Assembly: GCF_006345805.1 (NCBI RefSeq)
Contig: NC_043015.1
Coordinates: 41,168,001-41,232,000, forward strand
Direction of reading: 5' to 3'
Length of the DNA: 64,000 nt
DNA from: Octopus sinensis
Taxonomy: Eukaryota
Positions 52,615-64,000 of this stretch are shown piece by piece (the first letter of the stretch is position 1; each line of letters begins with the position of its first letter). The position numbers were made by a program, and so were the translations under genes. The notes under the pieces are model-generated. The model saw nothing but the letters and a program-made list of their open reading frames with translations, did not search any database and had not been told where the DNA came from.

Positions 52615-52932
52615 CCTGACTGGCTCCTGTGCTGGTGGCACATAATAAGCACCAACCGAACATGGCTGATGCTAGCACCCCCAGACTGGTTCCCGTGCCG
52701 ATGGCACATAAACGGCACCATCCAAAAGTGACCAATGCAAGTACCCCCTAGTTGGCTCCTGTGCTGGTAGTATGTAAAAAGCACCCACTATGCTCTCGGA
52801 GTGGTTGGCATTAGGACGGGCATCCAGCTGTAGAAACTTTGCCAGATCAGATTGGAGCCTGGTGCAGCCATCTGGTTCGCCAGACCTCAGTTAAACCGTC
52901 CAACCCATGCCAGCATGGAAAAAGGATGTTAA
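52615..52932 (+). mobile_element. RTE 3'UTR-derived repeat
   Basis: Core and internal repeats. Confidence 0.8.
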
Positions 52933-53687
52933 TTGATATATATGTATGTTTATGTATATATTTATGACTAAGACCTTAGACATTTTGTTGTGCTTGAGAA
53001 GAAAACCCATCAAACCAAGTAAAATCACAGTCATAGCAGATACCAGGAGGCAAGGAATGGGACCATTTGACATTACGCTGGGCCTTGAGCACTGGGCCTC
53101 ATGGAGGCAGTGACCTTGTTCGTTTGGCATTATGCTGGGCTTGAGAAAGCCTTATTTCAATAAAATTTTGGGTTTTGTTAAACAAAGTTAAGGCAAAAAA
53201 AAAAACTTCTTGAGAAACCAAATAGTCTTTCCTTCCTTCATGCCAAGTTTGAAGAAAATATCTCTTTTGCGTCTTATTTTTTAGGTCTCTTAAATATACT
53301 GCACATGTGGCATTATTTATGTGTGTGTTTTTACTCTTGTATATGTATTTTCATGTGGGATTGTGTATTTCTGTTTTCTTTTACATGGCTTGTGGTTTTC
53401 ATTGTTTAGCCCCAGGTCAGCTCCCGCCCCTATCACCCTTATGTATTGCCCCTGTCAGCATCACAAATTGCCCCTGTCACCCACACCCATTGCCCCTGTC
53501 ACCTGCACACATCTCCCCTGTTGGTCACATGCATGGCCCCTATCACCCATGCGCATTACCCCTGTCGCCCTCATGTATAGCCTGTCTCCCATTCTTCCCT
53601 TGTCACCTTCGCATGTAGGTGCTGTCTGTCTCGTGTAGCGTGTCTCTCTCTCTCTCTCTCTGCCCTCCTCCCCCTTCTATCTACTAC

Positions 53688-53920
53688 CTATTTCTTTACT
53701 ACCCACAAGGGCCTAAACTCAGAGGGGACAAACAAGGACAGAAACACGGATTAAGTCGATTATATCGACCCCAGTGCGTAACTGGTACTTATTTAATCGA
53801 CCCCGAAAGGATGAAAGGCAAAGTCGACCTCGGCGGAATTTGAATTCAGAACATAGTGGCATACAAAATACTGCTATGCATTTCGCCCGGCATGCTAACG
53901 ATTCTGCCAGCTTGCCGCCT
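53688..53920 (-). mobile_element. SINE B monomer just upstream of the RhoGAP exon acceptor
   Basis: Reverse copy flanked by CCTTCTATCTA(C/T)TACC. Confidence 0.88.
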
Positions 53921-54167
53921 TCTATCTATTACCGTCTCCTTAACATCCATATTAGAGTACCCTCCTCTTACTGTTGTGTTTTCTGTCTGTTTCAGAATGT
54001 GTCGCTGAACGACCAGGCCATTGAATCCATTAAAGCTGACCACTGATGTGTCGGTGGTCAATGAAGTCTTTGACACAAGTTGTGACTTAAAAAAAATATA
54101 TATATATAAAAACAAACAAACGAACAACCCTTGCAGACCATCCAATCTACGCCCACCACCAGAGACA

Positions 54168-54297
54168 ATGAATGTTAACTGCGAGGAGACGCCATTTATT
54201 TATGTTAACCAAGACGACATTATCCACTTGACGCAAGAAGTGAAGAATTTCTCTGATGCTCTGGCAAAGTTAAAGTGTGTCTTCACTGATGGAACCG
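54168..54297 (+). CDS. ARHGAP45: RhoGAP (ARHGAP45/ARHGAP29/GMIP family), first coding exon seen
   Basis: ATG at 54168 gives MNVNCEETPFIYVNQDDIIHLTQEVKNFSDALAKLKCVFTDGT, resembling the family's N-terminal helical domain (DII.LT..V..F..AL..L...F). Donor G|GTAAGT after 54297 (phase 1). A pyrimidine tract plus TTCAG at 53995 suggests the exon starts at 53996 with 5'UTR. Confidence 0.8.
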
Positions 54298-54488
54298 GTA
54301 AGTAAAGTTTTTCAGGCTAATTCTTAAAACTGTTCTTTGTCTGACCCAGAGCTTTTCATGTGGGAAAGTTCACAACTGCCATCTGACGAGGTCACATTGA
54401 AGTCAATGTTGAAAAGGCAGAATTTCAAGAAAGAAAAATGTTTATTGCTTAAACCTGTTGTTTTAATTATATATAGTTTATTCATATA

Positions 54489-54654
54489 GGCGCAGGAGTG
54501 GCTGTGTGATAAGTAGCTTGCTTACGAACCACATGGTTCTGGGTTCAGTCCCACTGCATGGCACCTTGGGCTAGTGTCTTCTATAGCCTCGGGCTGACCA
54601 AAGCCTTGTGAGTGGATTTGGTTGACGGAAACTGAAAGAAGCCCATCGTATATA

Positions 54655-54741
<87 letters not shown>

Positions 54742-54941
54742 TTTGTGTGTCTGTGATTGTCCCCCCAACAACCGATGCTGGTGTGTTTACGTCCCTGTAA
54801 CTTAGCGGTTTGGCAAAAGCGACCAATAGAAGAAGTACTAGGCTTATAAAGAATAAGCCCTGGAGTCCATTTGGTCGGTTAAAAGCAGTGCTCCAGCATG
54901 GCCACAGTCAAATGACTGAAACAAGTAAAAGAGTAAAGAGT
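54489..54941 (+). mobile_element. SINE A (intronic)
   Basis: Full-length copy. Confidence 0.9.
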
Positions 54942-55074
54942 ATAAAAATCCTTAAAATGTTTTGTTTTTTCTTTTAAAAACAAGCAGTCACAGAATAAGC
55001 GCTCCCACTGTAGCTTGTTCATTTTCTTCATTTATTTCATAAAGTAATTACAAATTAATTAACATTTATAAGGA

Positions 55075-55535
55075 TGAGAGAGGGTAAAGAGAAAGCAAAA
55101 AAGAATCAGAGAGGAAGCACAGCTGAGAGGCAAAGTGAGAGATAGGTAGAGAGAGAAAGCAGAGGCAGTGAAAGAGAGGTAGGGAGAGAAAGCAGAGAGG
55201 GAAAATGAGGGAGAGAGAGAAAGCTGAGAGAGGCAGAGTGAAGGAGAGGTAGAGTGACAGCTGAGAGAGATAGAATGAAAGAAAGGTAGAGAGAGAAAGC
55301 AGAGAGGCAAAGTGAGAGAGAGATAGTGATAGCTGAGAGAGAGGCAAAGTGAGAGAGAAGTAGTGACAGCTGAGAGAGAGGCAAAGTGAGAGAGAGGTAG
55401 TGAAAGAGAGGTAGAGAGAGAAAGCAGAGGTAGACAGAGTGAACAAGAGGTAGAGAGAAATCAGAGGGGCAAAGTGAGAGAGAGGTAGAGTGACAGCTGA
55501 GAGAGAGGTAGAGAGAGAAAGCTGAGAAAGCAAGT
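55075..55535. repeat. Purine-rich compound minisatellite (intronic)
   Basis: Reshuffled modules GGCAAAGTGAGAGA, GGTAGAGAGAGAAAGC, GTGACAGCTGAGAG. Confidence 0.9.
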
Positions 55536-55628
55536 GAAGTCAAGACAATGTGTAATTATGAAACCCATGTGACAAAAAAAGAAACCCTAACGAGTTAACC
55601 TTAATGACACCTTTTTTATTTGTTTTAG

Positions 55629-55772
55629 TTTGTGGTGATGAGATCAAAGTCGCTGCCCATGAACAGCTTGGGGAGGTTCTGTTTACACTACGGCAGGTAC
55701 TAGAGAAGTATTTTGCCCTTCAGTCAGAAGATCTGTTTGAAACAGCTGGTAACCTCATCAATAAAATAAAAA
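55629..55772 (+). CDS. ARHGAP45: RhoGAP ARHGAP45/29-like, next exon
   Basis: Acceptor TTTTAG at 55628; 144 bp, phase 1-1. Encodes (V)CGDEIKVAAHEQLGEVLFTLRQVLEKYFALQSEDLFETAGNLINKIK, matching the AHE.LGEVL..L..VLEKY..L.S motif. Donor GTAAGT. Confidence 0.88.
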
Positions 55773-55782
55773 GTAAGTGTTG

Positions 55783-55950
55783 TATCATCATCATCATCAT
55801 TGACATCGTCGTCATCATCATCATCACCATCTTTGACATCATCATCATAATCATCATGATCATCATCGTCATCATTGACATCATAATCATCATTGACATA
55901 GTCATCATCATCATTGACATTGTCATCATCGACATCATCATCATCATAAC
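55783..55950. repeat. (ATC)n trinucleotide repeat directly after the exon donor
   Basis: Direct inspection. Confidence 0.95.
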
Positions 55951-56504
55951 TTAGTGGTTCAATGAAAGAAAACCAACAAAATAAATACCAGATTTTAAAG
56001 CAATAAGTACTGAACTTGATACATTTTACTAACAGTCATTGAAGGCGGTGCTCCAGCATGGTCACAATCTAATGACAAACAAGTAAAAAAAAAATAAGAT
56101 ACATTAAGTATGATACATAGATAGCTATTTTAATCTAATACTGTTTCTTAGTACTGTTTCAATTGCATGTACTGGTTTTTTATTCAGCTAGGCAGCTATT
56201 TCCTAAATCAGTGAATGAAATATTTCATATATCAGAGGTAAAGAATTTTCATTAAAACATGTGGTTGGCTGCAACTACATGTAATTGAAAAAGGCCTGTA
56301 AAGACTGAAATGCATGTGGCATTCTTGCTGGCTGCTCTTGGAGATGACCTTTTGTCTGCCTCCAATATTTGTGTTTTTTAACACAGCTTGTCCATAAAAG
56401 ATGTCATCTCAGGACAAATACTAGAGTAACTGGCCTATCAATGGTGTATTTACATTGTGATATACATAGCTGGCTGTTTTGATGTAATTCCACCCTAATT
56501 GCAG

Positions 56505-56868
56505 GAGCAGGCGTGGCTGTGTGGTAAGAAGCTTGCTTCCCAATCACATGGTTGTGGGTTCAGTCTCACTGTGTGGCACCTTGGGCAAGTGTCTTCTACT
56601 ATAGTCTCAGGTCAACCCAAAGCCTTGTGAGTGGATTTTGTAGGGGGAAACTGAAAGAAGCCCATTGTGTGTGTGTTTTGTTCCTCACCACCATTTGTCA
56701 ACAGGTGTTCCTGTGTTTACATCCCTGTAACTTGATGGTTTGGCAAAAGAGACTTATTCAGATGAGGCCTTAAAAAAATAAAAGCACTAGAATTGATTTG
56801 TTTGACTAAAATTTTTCAAGGTGGTGCCCCAACATGGCCACAGTCTAATGAATAAAACAAGTAAAAGA
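56505..56868 (+). mobile_element. SINE A, diverged (intronic)
   Basis: Head to tail recognisable. Confidence 0.8.
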
Positions 56869-57068
56869 CAATTCTGTAAACCAAATTTTGTCTCAAGATT
56901 TGTTTTAATTTCTTTCTCTTCCATTATTCAAATTCATTTTTCATATCCATAATTAAAAGCATGTTTTTTGTTTTGAGGGGGGGGTGGTTATGCATCATAT
57001 TTCATCATATAGATTATTGGTTTTTTTTTTGTTTTTATTTCAAATTTTCTTTTACCGTTTATTTCCAG

Positions 57069-57156
57069 ATTACAATTATGAAAGCAGCATCAGTTCTGGT
57101 AGCACTCAAAGTTTCTGTGACTGCATTGATAAACTGGCATTGGCTTTTAGCAGCAG
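57069..57156 (+). CDS. ARHGAP45: RhoGAP ARHGAP45/29-like, third exon
   Basis: Long T tract plus TTCCAG acceptor; phase 1 entry gives (N)YNYESSISSGSTQSFCDCIDKLALAFSS, matching the family's NYE...ID.LALAFSS motif. Donor AG|GTGAAC, phase 2. Confidence 0.85.
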
Positions 57157-57254
57157 GTGAACTCATTTCCTTATTGCAACCATCAAATATTTATTCCATT
57201 TAACACAACCTCATACAATTTGTTATTGAATATAAACACAATGAATTAAACACA

Positions 57255-57469
57255 TTGCCAGCGCCGCCTTGACTGGCTCCCATGCCGGTGGCACATAAAA
57301 AGCACCCACTATACTCACGGAGTGGTTGGCGTTAGGAAGGGCATCCAGCTGTAGAAACACTGCCAGATCAGATTGGAGCCTGGTGCAGCATCCTAGCTTC
57401 TCAGACCGCAGGTGAACCGTCCAACCCATGCTAGCATGGAAAACAGACGTTAAACGATGATGATGATGT
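57255..57469 (+). mobile_element. RTE 3'UTR-derived repeat (intronic)
   Basis: Core plus (GAT)n tail. Confidence 0.8.
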
Positions 57470-58964
57470 ATAATATTGTGTCATATGTAGTAGGAATATA
57501 GTAGCACTGGAGCAATAATAATAATAATAAATATATATATATATATATATATTAAATGACAATAACAATCATTGTTGTTTTAATAACCTTTTTCATGCTC
57601 GCATGGGACAGACAGAATTTGGTGAGGCATATTTTCTATGACTGGATGTTCTTCATGTCACCAACTGACACCCGTTTTTTAGCAATAACTATACTCAATC
57701 ACATTATTGATATGCCTAGTAGTTTTATAAACATACACACGCGTCTTATCGTCTATCATATATTGGTTCAGAAGCATACATACATAGCAAAATTTGGAGG
57801 GATAGGTGTGTGTGTGTGTGAGGAATAGGCACAAACAATAAGAACACAACGTAGGCAGGACAGAGAAGAAAAGCAATGAATTACCCCTTCATTAGCTGTC
57901 TTGCTAAGGATACTTGCAGTTTTGACATCTCAGACAGAACTGCATACCTTGAGAGCATTAATAACCATTGGATTCTATTGATTGAGAATTGATACATTAG
58001 TGGCAAGATACTAAAGACAGGTAAAGCTTTTCAGTTAAATTTCAGTGACTAAGGTGGGTAGGAAACACAAGGGCAATAAAATGCGGTGTGGCTAACACTA
58101 GCTACAAAGACAGTAAAATATAGAACACATGTGCATGCTCACACATTGAATTATGGATAGGGATATATTTTAGTTGGGTCTTGAATAATTTTGTTTGAAA
58201 GTGTTTGTGTGTGTGTGTGTGCATGCACATAGAAACACATACAGATAGGTAGTTAGAGATAAATGATTTATAGTTGCTGAAATACACATAGAAAGACATA
58301 CAATATGGGTGTATACAATGATTTATTGCCTAAGTATGTGTGTATGTATGTATATACGTGTCTCGAGATGTGCTGAAGATTTTCTATTTGGGATATATTT
58401 GGGGTACTTAGGTCTGCTCGGGACTTGGTGCTTGCTTTTTTCCATGAGTAAGTATTCCATTTGTGTATTAATCGCTGACGAGGGGAAAATTCTTATGAAT
58501 TAACCCCAAAATTGGGACCAATTCGGTTATAACGGAATTTTTTAGAAATTTCTATCGGCATGTTTCGAGATGCTTAAATTATAATGGTTATTGACAATTT
58601 TGTCTTTTTTTCGGCATATTTGGCATTAGAATTTTTCTCTTGCCCTTATTTTATAACTTATTTATATATATATATATATATTGTATTTCAGGATGATCTT
58701 TTTATTTTTTATTTTTGGGGGCCAAATGAGCATACGCACTATATATTTGTTTTTCACTCATTTATTACTGTTCTTATTTTATCTCTTGTCTATTCTGAAC
58801 AGAATAGACTAAGCTGAGCAGGAGCACACACAAGGACGGAAAGTGTCGCTGAAGAGGTCACAGATGTGTGATAAAAAATTTCCAGACAATGGACATGAGT
58901 TAGAATAAGAACAATAATAAATGGGTGAAGAAGGAATATTTAGTGTATGTGCTTATATGGCAAA

Positions 58965-58999
<35 letters not shown>

Positions 59000-59001
<2 letters not shown>

Positions 59002-59250
59002 GAGGTGCATGGCTTAGTGGTTAGGGTGTCAGTATCATGATCATAAGGTTTTGGTTTCGATTCCTGGACCAGGCGACGCGTTGTGTTCTTGAGCAAAACA
59101 CTTCATTTCACGTTGCTCCAGTTCACTCAGCTGGCAAAAATGAGTAACGCTGCGATGGACTGGCGTCCCATCCAGCTGGGGAACACATACACCATTGAAA
59201 CCGGGAAACCAGGCCCATGAGCCTGGCTAGGCTTTCAAAGGGCGCATTTA
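59000..59250 (+). mobile_element. tRNA-derived SINE family D
   Basis: TGGCTTAGTGG A-box, GTTTCGATTCC B-box, CTTGAGCAAAACACTT body, CTGCGATGGACTGGCGTCCCATCCAG motif; diverged relative at 47693-47830. Confidence 0.8.
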
Positions 59251-59407
59251 TTTATTTTATATATATATATATTATATATATATATATATTATATATATAT
59301 ATATTACCATCCCCAAATATTTGTTTCAACACCTGGTTTCACATCAGGAATCCTGCAACACAAATTCATAAACGTATTATATATATATACACACATATAT
59401 ATAATAA

Positions 59408-59438
<31 letters not shown>

Positions 59439-59924
59439 CATACACACACACGCACACACACTGAGCAATAGGTAGCTAGATAAATGTATAATTTGGTAGA
59501 TAAATCTGTAGATAATAGTGTAAAGACATGACATGGATTGATAGGTAAGTGGATATCCTATTCAATAGTCACCAATCACCATGAAAGCCTACATACAAAA
59601 AAATATGTAAATGTCTGTCTGTGTGAATGTATTTGAATGCCTACAATACTTTCATACAGAAATCTGTTTCTAGTGAGATGGAAAGTGTTAACTTAACCGG
59701 TCTTTCTAGATTCTTCTTTTGAAAGGATTACTACTGAAATAACTCGGAGGAAGTGAAGTAACTTAAAATTGTATTAAAATTTTGGGCGAAAGAAAAACAA
59801 ACTAAACTTCATGAATAAGTTTTAAGATTTAGATTTAATGGAATATGAGTATAATAAGATAGGAGAAAGTGTATACGCGTGTGTATTTAAATATAAATAA
59901 GTGTGTGTGTGTATATTGATATAT

Positions 59925-60552
59925 GTAATGTATATATGTATGTATGTATTCATATATATATATGTGTATATTTGTATGTATTCATGTATATGTGTGTATA
60001 TATGTATGTATTCATGTATATGTGTGTATATATGTATGTATTCATGTATGTATATGTGTATATATGTATCTATTCATGTATGTATATGTGTGTATGTATG
60101 TATGTATTTGTGTATATGTGTGTATATATGTATGTATTCATATATATATGTGTATATTTGTATCTATTCATGTATGTATATATGTGTGTATATATGTATG
60201 TATTCATGTATATGTGTGTATATATGTATGTATTCATATATATATGTGTATATTTGTATCTATTCATGTATATATATGTGTGTATATTTGTATGTATTTG
60301 TGTATATGTGTATATATGTATGTATTCATATATATATGTGTATATTTGTATGTATTCATGTATATGTGTGTATATATATATGTATGTATTCATATATATA
60401 TGTGTATATTTGTATCTATTCATGTATGTATATTTGTATGTATTCATGTATATGTGTGTATATATGTGTGTATTCATGTATATGTGTGTGTATATGTAAG
60501 TATTCATATATATATATATGTGTATGTATGTATTCATGTATATGTGTATATG
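59925..60552. repeat. ~28-bp TA/TG satellite (TATATGTATGTATTCATGTATATGTGTG)
   Basis: Resumes at 61780-61860, ~62100 and 62300-62760. Confidence 0.9.
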
Positions 60553-61765
60553 TCGTCATCATCATCATCATCGTCGTTTAACATCCGCTTTCCATGTTGG
60601 CATGGGTTGGATGGTTTCACTGAGGACTGGTGAGCCAGAAGGCTGCACCAGGCTCAATCTGATCTGGCAGTGTTTCTACAGCTGGATGCCCTTCCTAATG
60701 CCAACCACTCTGAGAGTGTAGTAGGGTGCTTTTATGTGCCACCAGTACAAGGGCCAGTCAGGCAGTTCTGGCAACAACCATGCTCAAAAGGTGTTTTTTA
60801 TGTGCTACCTGGCACTGGCAACGACCACGCTCAAATGTTGCTTTTCGTATGCTACCGGACATGTATCAGTAAGGAAATGCTGGCAACGATCACGCTCGAA
60901 TGGTGCTTTTTACGTGTCACCGGCACGGGAACCAATCCGTGGCCCTGGCAACAATCACACCCGGATGTGCTTTTAACATCCCACTGGCATGAGTGCCAAT
61001 CAAGCAGTACTTTCATCTGCCACGTCTGCAATTTTGATTGTGATTTAAATTTCACTTGCCTCAATAGGTCTTCGCAAGCAAAGTTTATAGTCCAATGAAT
61101 GAGGGATATTCATAAGTGGACTAGTCACACCCACTGGCATAGGCCATGGGCTATGATCTCATTTGGCTTGTTGGGTCTTCTTAAGCACAGCATATCTCCA
61201 AAGGTCTCGGTCACTAGCTGTTACCTTGGTTAAGGCCCAACGTTCAAAGGTCGTGCTTCATTACCTCATCCCAGGTTTTCGTGGGTCTACCTCTTCCACA
61301 GGTTCCCTCAACTGCTAGGGTGTGACACTTTTTCACACGGCTGTCCTCATCCATTCGCAACATAGGACCATACCAGCGCAGTCGTCTATCTTGCACACCA
61401 CATCTGATACTTCTGAAGTCCAACTTTTCTCTCAAGGCACTTACACTCTGTCGTGTATGCACATTGACATTACAAATCCAGCGGAGCATACTGGCTTCAT
61501 TCCTTGCAAGCTTACACATGTCGTCAGCAGTCACAGCCCATGTTTCACTGCCATGTAGCCTGGCTGTTCATACACATGCATCATACAGTCTACCTTTTAC
61601 TCTGAGCGAGAGGCCTTTTGTCACCAGTAGAGGTAAGAGCTCTCTGAACTTTGCCCAGGCTATTCTTATTCTAGCAGCTATGCTTTCAGAGCATCCACTC
61701 CCGTTACTGATTGGTCCCCTAGGTAACGGAAGCTATCAACTACTTGTAATTTTTCTCCCTGGAAT
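60553..61765 (-). mobile_element. RTE-clade LINE, 5'-truncated, ORF end plus long 3'UTR
   Basis: ARIRIAWAKFRELLPLL..KGRLYDAC..HGSETW..EASMLRWICNV..RRLRWYG..GRGRPTKTWDEV; ~650-bp 3' region ending GTTAAACGACGATGATGATG. Confidence 0.92.
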
Positions 61766-61843
61766 GTGACAAAAGCTGTTCTATGTGTGTATATATGTAT
61801 GTATTCATGTATATGTGTGTATACATATGTATGTATTCATGTA

Positions 61844-61888
<45 letters not shown>

Positions 61889-61899
61889 TATATAGAAGG

Positions 61900-61950
61900 A
61901 GCTTCTACAGGACTAGAACTGTTTCATTCAAGAGAAATCTTCAGGAAGCT
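61900..61950 (-). ncRNA. Type I hammerhead ribozyme motif, core intact
   Basis: Minus strand: AGCUUC-CUGAAGA-U-UUC(UCUU)GAA-U-GAA-ACAG(UUCUAGUC)CUGU-A-GAAGCU. Stem I 6 bp, both core boxes, stem III 4 bp, GUA cleavage triplet. Confidence 0.75.
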
Positions 61951-61996
61951 TCCTGAAGATTTCTCTTGAATGAACAGTTCTAGTCCTGTAGAAGCT
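61947..61996 (+). ncRNA. Hammerhead motif, inverted copy with GAAA reduced to GAA
   Basis: Mirror of 61900-61950 with one A missing from the GAAA box; probably inactive or a sequence error. Confidence 0.6.
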
Positions 61997-62322
61997 CCTT
62001 CTATATAATAAATTAATTTTACTCTGCTATGTATTGAGTACCTTATTTACTGTGGTTAACCCCGAATCAACCCGGGACCTACATATATATATATATATAT
62101 ATATATTCATGTATATGTGTGTGTGTGTATATATATATATTATATTAATCAGCCGAAATTGCTAGGATGATCCGGTTCTTGACTGAAGATTGAAGGCTTC
62201 GAATGTCCCGTCCGTGTTTTTTGTATCGTCTTCTAAATGTTTCACGTTCTTGTCCCAGTGTGTATTTTTTTACATTTACATATATATTATATTATATATA
62301 TATATGTATGTATTCATGCATA

Positions 62323-62357
<35 letters not shown>

Positions 62358-62614
62358 GTATTCATGTATATGTGTGTATGTATGTATGTATTCATATATG
62401 TGTGTATATATGTACGTATTCATGTATATGTGTGTATATATATACGTATTCATGTATATGTGTGTATATATGTACGTATTCATGTATATGTGTGTATATA
62501 TGTATGTATGTATTCATATATATATGTGTGTATATATGTATGTATTCATGTATATGTGTGTTTATATATATATATGTATGTATGTATGTATTCATGTATA
62601 TGTGTGTTTATATA

Positions 62615-62647
<33 letters not shown>

Positions 62648-62867
62648 TCATGTATTCATGTATGTGTGTGTGTATGTATGAATGTATATATTCATGTATA
62701 TGAGTGTATATATACACACATATACAGGAATACATATATGTATATATTCATGTCTGTGTATCTGTGTGTATATGTGCATTAAGTACAGCATTAGAGTGGT
62801 TTAGCTCTTATTTCTAGCAATGTAGGTGCTTCCTAACACCCCACTCACATTTAGTAACATATATTAG

Positions 62868-62907
<40 letters not shown>

Positions 62908-63149
62908 AAAAACATTACAAATAAATGATGCAAGGGAAAAAAACTCAAGAAGTTTAAAAAATGAATTGTGGTTCAATCCCATGTCTCTGCTGGTTTTTCT
63001 AACTTATTACTATTATATAAGTGTTGACACTCGGAAGTGTATGCAGCCCCCCACCCTACCTCCCTCCCTCTCTCCTCTGTCCACCTTCCCCCTCAAATGC
63101 ATCATTGCTCTTGCTGCCACCTCCCACACACACATATACATATATATGT

Positions 63150-63379
63150 TTTCTTATTGCCCACAAGGGGCTAAACATAGAGGGGACAAACAAAGACAGA
63201 CAAACGAATTAAGTCGATTAATATCGACCCCAGTGTGTAACTGGTACTTAATTTATCGACTCCGAAAGGATGAAAGGCAAAGTCAACCTCGGCGGAATTT
63301 GAACTCAGAACGCAGCGGCGGACGAAATACCGCAACGCATTTCGCCCGGCGTGCTAACGATTCTGCCAGTTCGCCGCCT
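63150..63379 (-). mobile_element. SINE B monomer
   Basis: Reverse copy flanked by ATACATATATAT. Confidence 0.88.
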
Positions 63380-64000
63380 TATACATATATATATATGCCC
63401 ATGTTCACCACTCACTGCATTCCACTTCCTCTCCCCTTGTTTTACACTGTTGTGACCCACCCACTTGTTGTGACCTCACTCTGTTCAGTCCCCTGCGTCA
63501 CCTCGCGTTCCCTTGTATCCCGAGGGTATCCCCTGGTACATCTTCCCCCACCATCTTCTCTCCCTTTCCGGTTGGGGTCGCCATGTATCTTCTCCACAGC
63601 AAGACTCCCGTTTCTGCCTTGCTACCGTCAATTAACCTCTCATCGCCTGGCGCAAGGCCACCTCTCTCGATACCACTCCCCCCCCCTATCAGGTGAAGGG
63701 TCTTCGTCTTCCAAGTTCCTTGGTGATCCTGCTAGTGTTGGTGCCATGTAAAAAGCACCCAGTACACATTGTAAAGTGGTTGGCATTAGAAAGGGCATAC
63801 AGCAATAGAACCCTTGTCAAAGCGAACGGTAGAGCTTGGCTTTGTCCTCTCACTCCCCAGCTCTTGTCTAACTGTCCGACAGAAGTCAGCCTGGAAAGCA
63901 GATATGAAATTCTGATTGTCTTTAGGAATTGTAGCTGCCAATGGGAGACAACTCTGATTGTAATGACCCACCTAACTCATGCTAGCATGGAAACTAGATG

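Larger units (their letters stand above)
61883..62013. repeat. 131-bp near-perfect palindrome centred on AAGCTT
   Basis: Arms of 66 and 65 bp, one indel, no spacer. Confidence 0.95.

Noticed and set aside
54021-54167. N-terminal part of ORF 54021-54305
   Set aside because: TTG start, crosses an A/TA microsatellite and follows an in-frame stop; more likely 5'UTR.
56341-56410. Intronic hairpin GAGATGAC...GTCATCTC as possible pre-miRNA
   Set aside because: Only ~13 paired bases in the outer stem with a large interior loop; compatible with chance.
59711-59757. Candidate next RhoGAP exon after TTTCTAG
   Set aside because: The required phase-2 frame hits TGA within four codons and lacks the expected VSE.LMG-like continuation.
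62879-63751. 290-aa ORF
   Set aside because: Runs through (TG)n, an antisense SINE B and a pyrimidine tract; no recognisable domain.

Overview
AT-rich, extremely repeat-dense eukaryotic genomic DNA. The tRNA-derived SINE families, (TA)n/(CA)n density and gene structure suggest an octopus/cephalopod genome (inference). The only host gene I can support is the 5' coding part of an ARHGAP45/ARHGAP29-family RhoGAP on the + strand: three phase-compatible exons at 54168-54297, 55629-55772 and 57069-57156, with the gene probably continuing beyond the window. Everything else is mobile-element or tandem-repeat sequence: at least four tRNA-SINE families, many RTE-LINE 3' ends, CR1/L2 3' ends, Tc1/mariner, hAT (Buster/Charlie) and Gypsy fossils, four non-autonomous Helitrons, TTAA-flanked MITEs and several minisatellites. 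The most unusual signal is a set of type I hammerhead-ribozyme motifs in short non-coding units, mostly next to (TA)n. Two are head-to-head palindromic ribozyme pairs (1328-1621, with a G3:C8-swapped core; 61883-62013) and one is an intact motif with a long stem II insert (45722-45828), pointing to Penelope/retrozyme-like elements. Nearly all ORFs in the supplied track are microsatellite or SINE artefacts. Family assignments come from remembered motifs, not database searches, and repeat boundaries are approximate.
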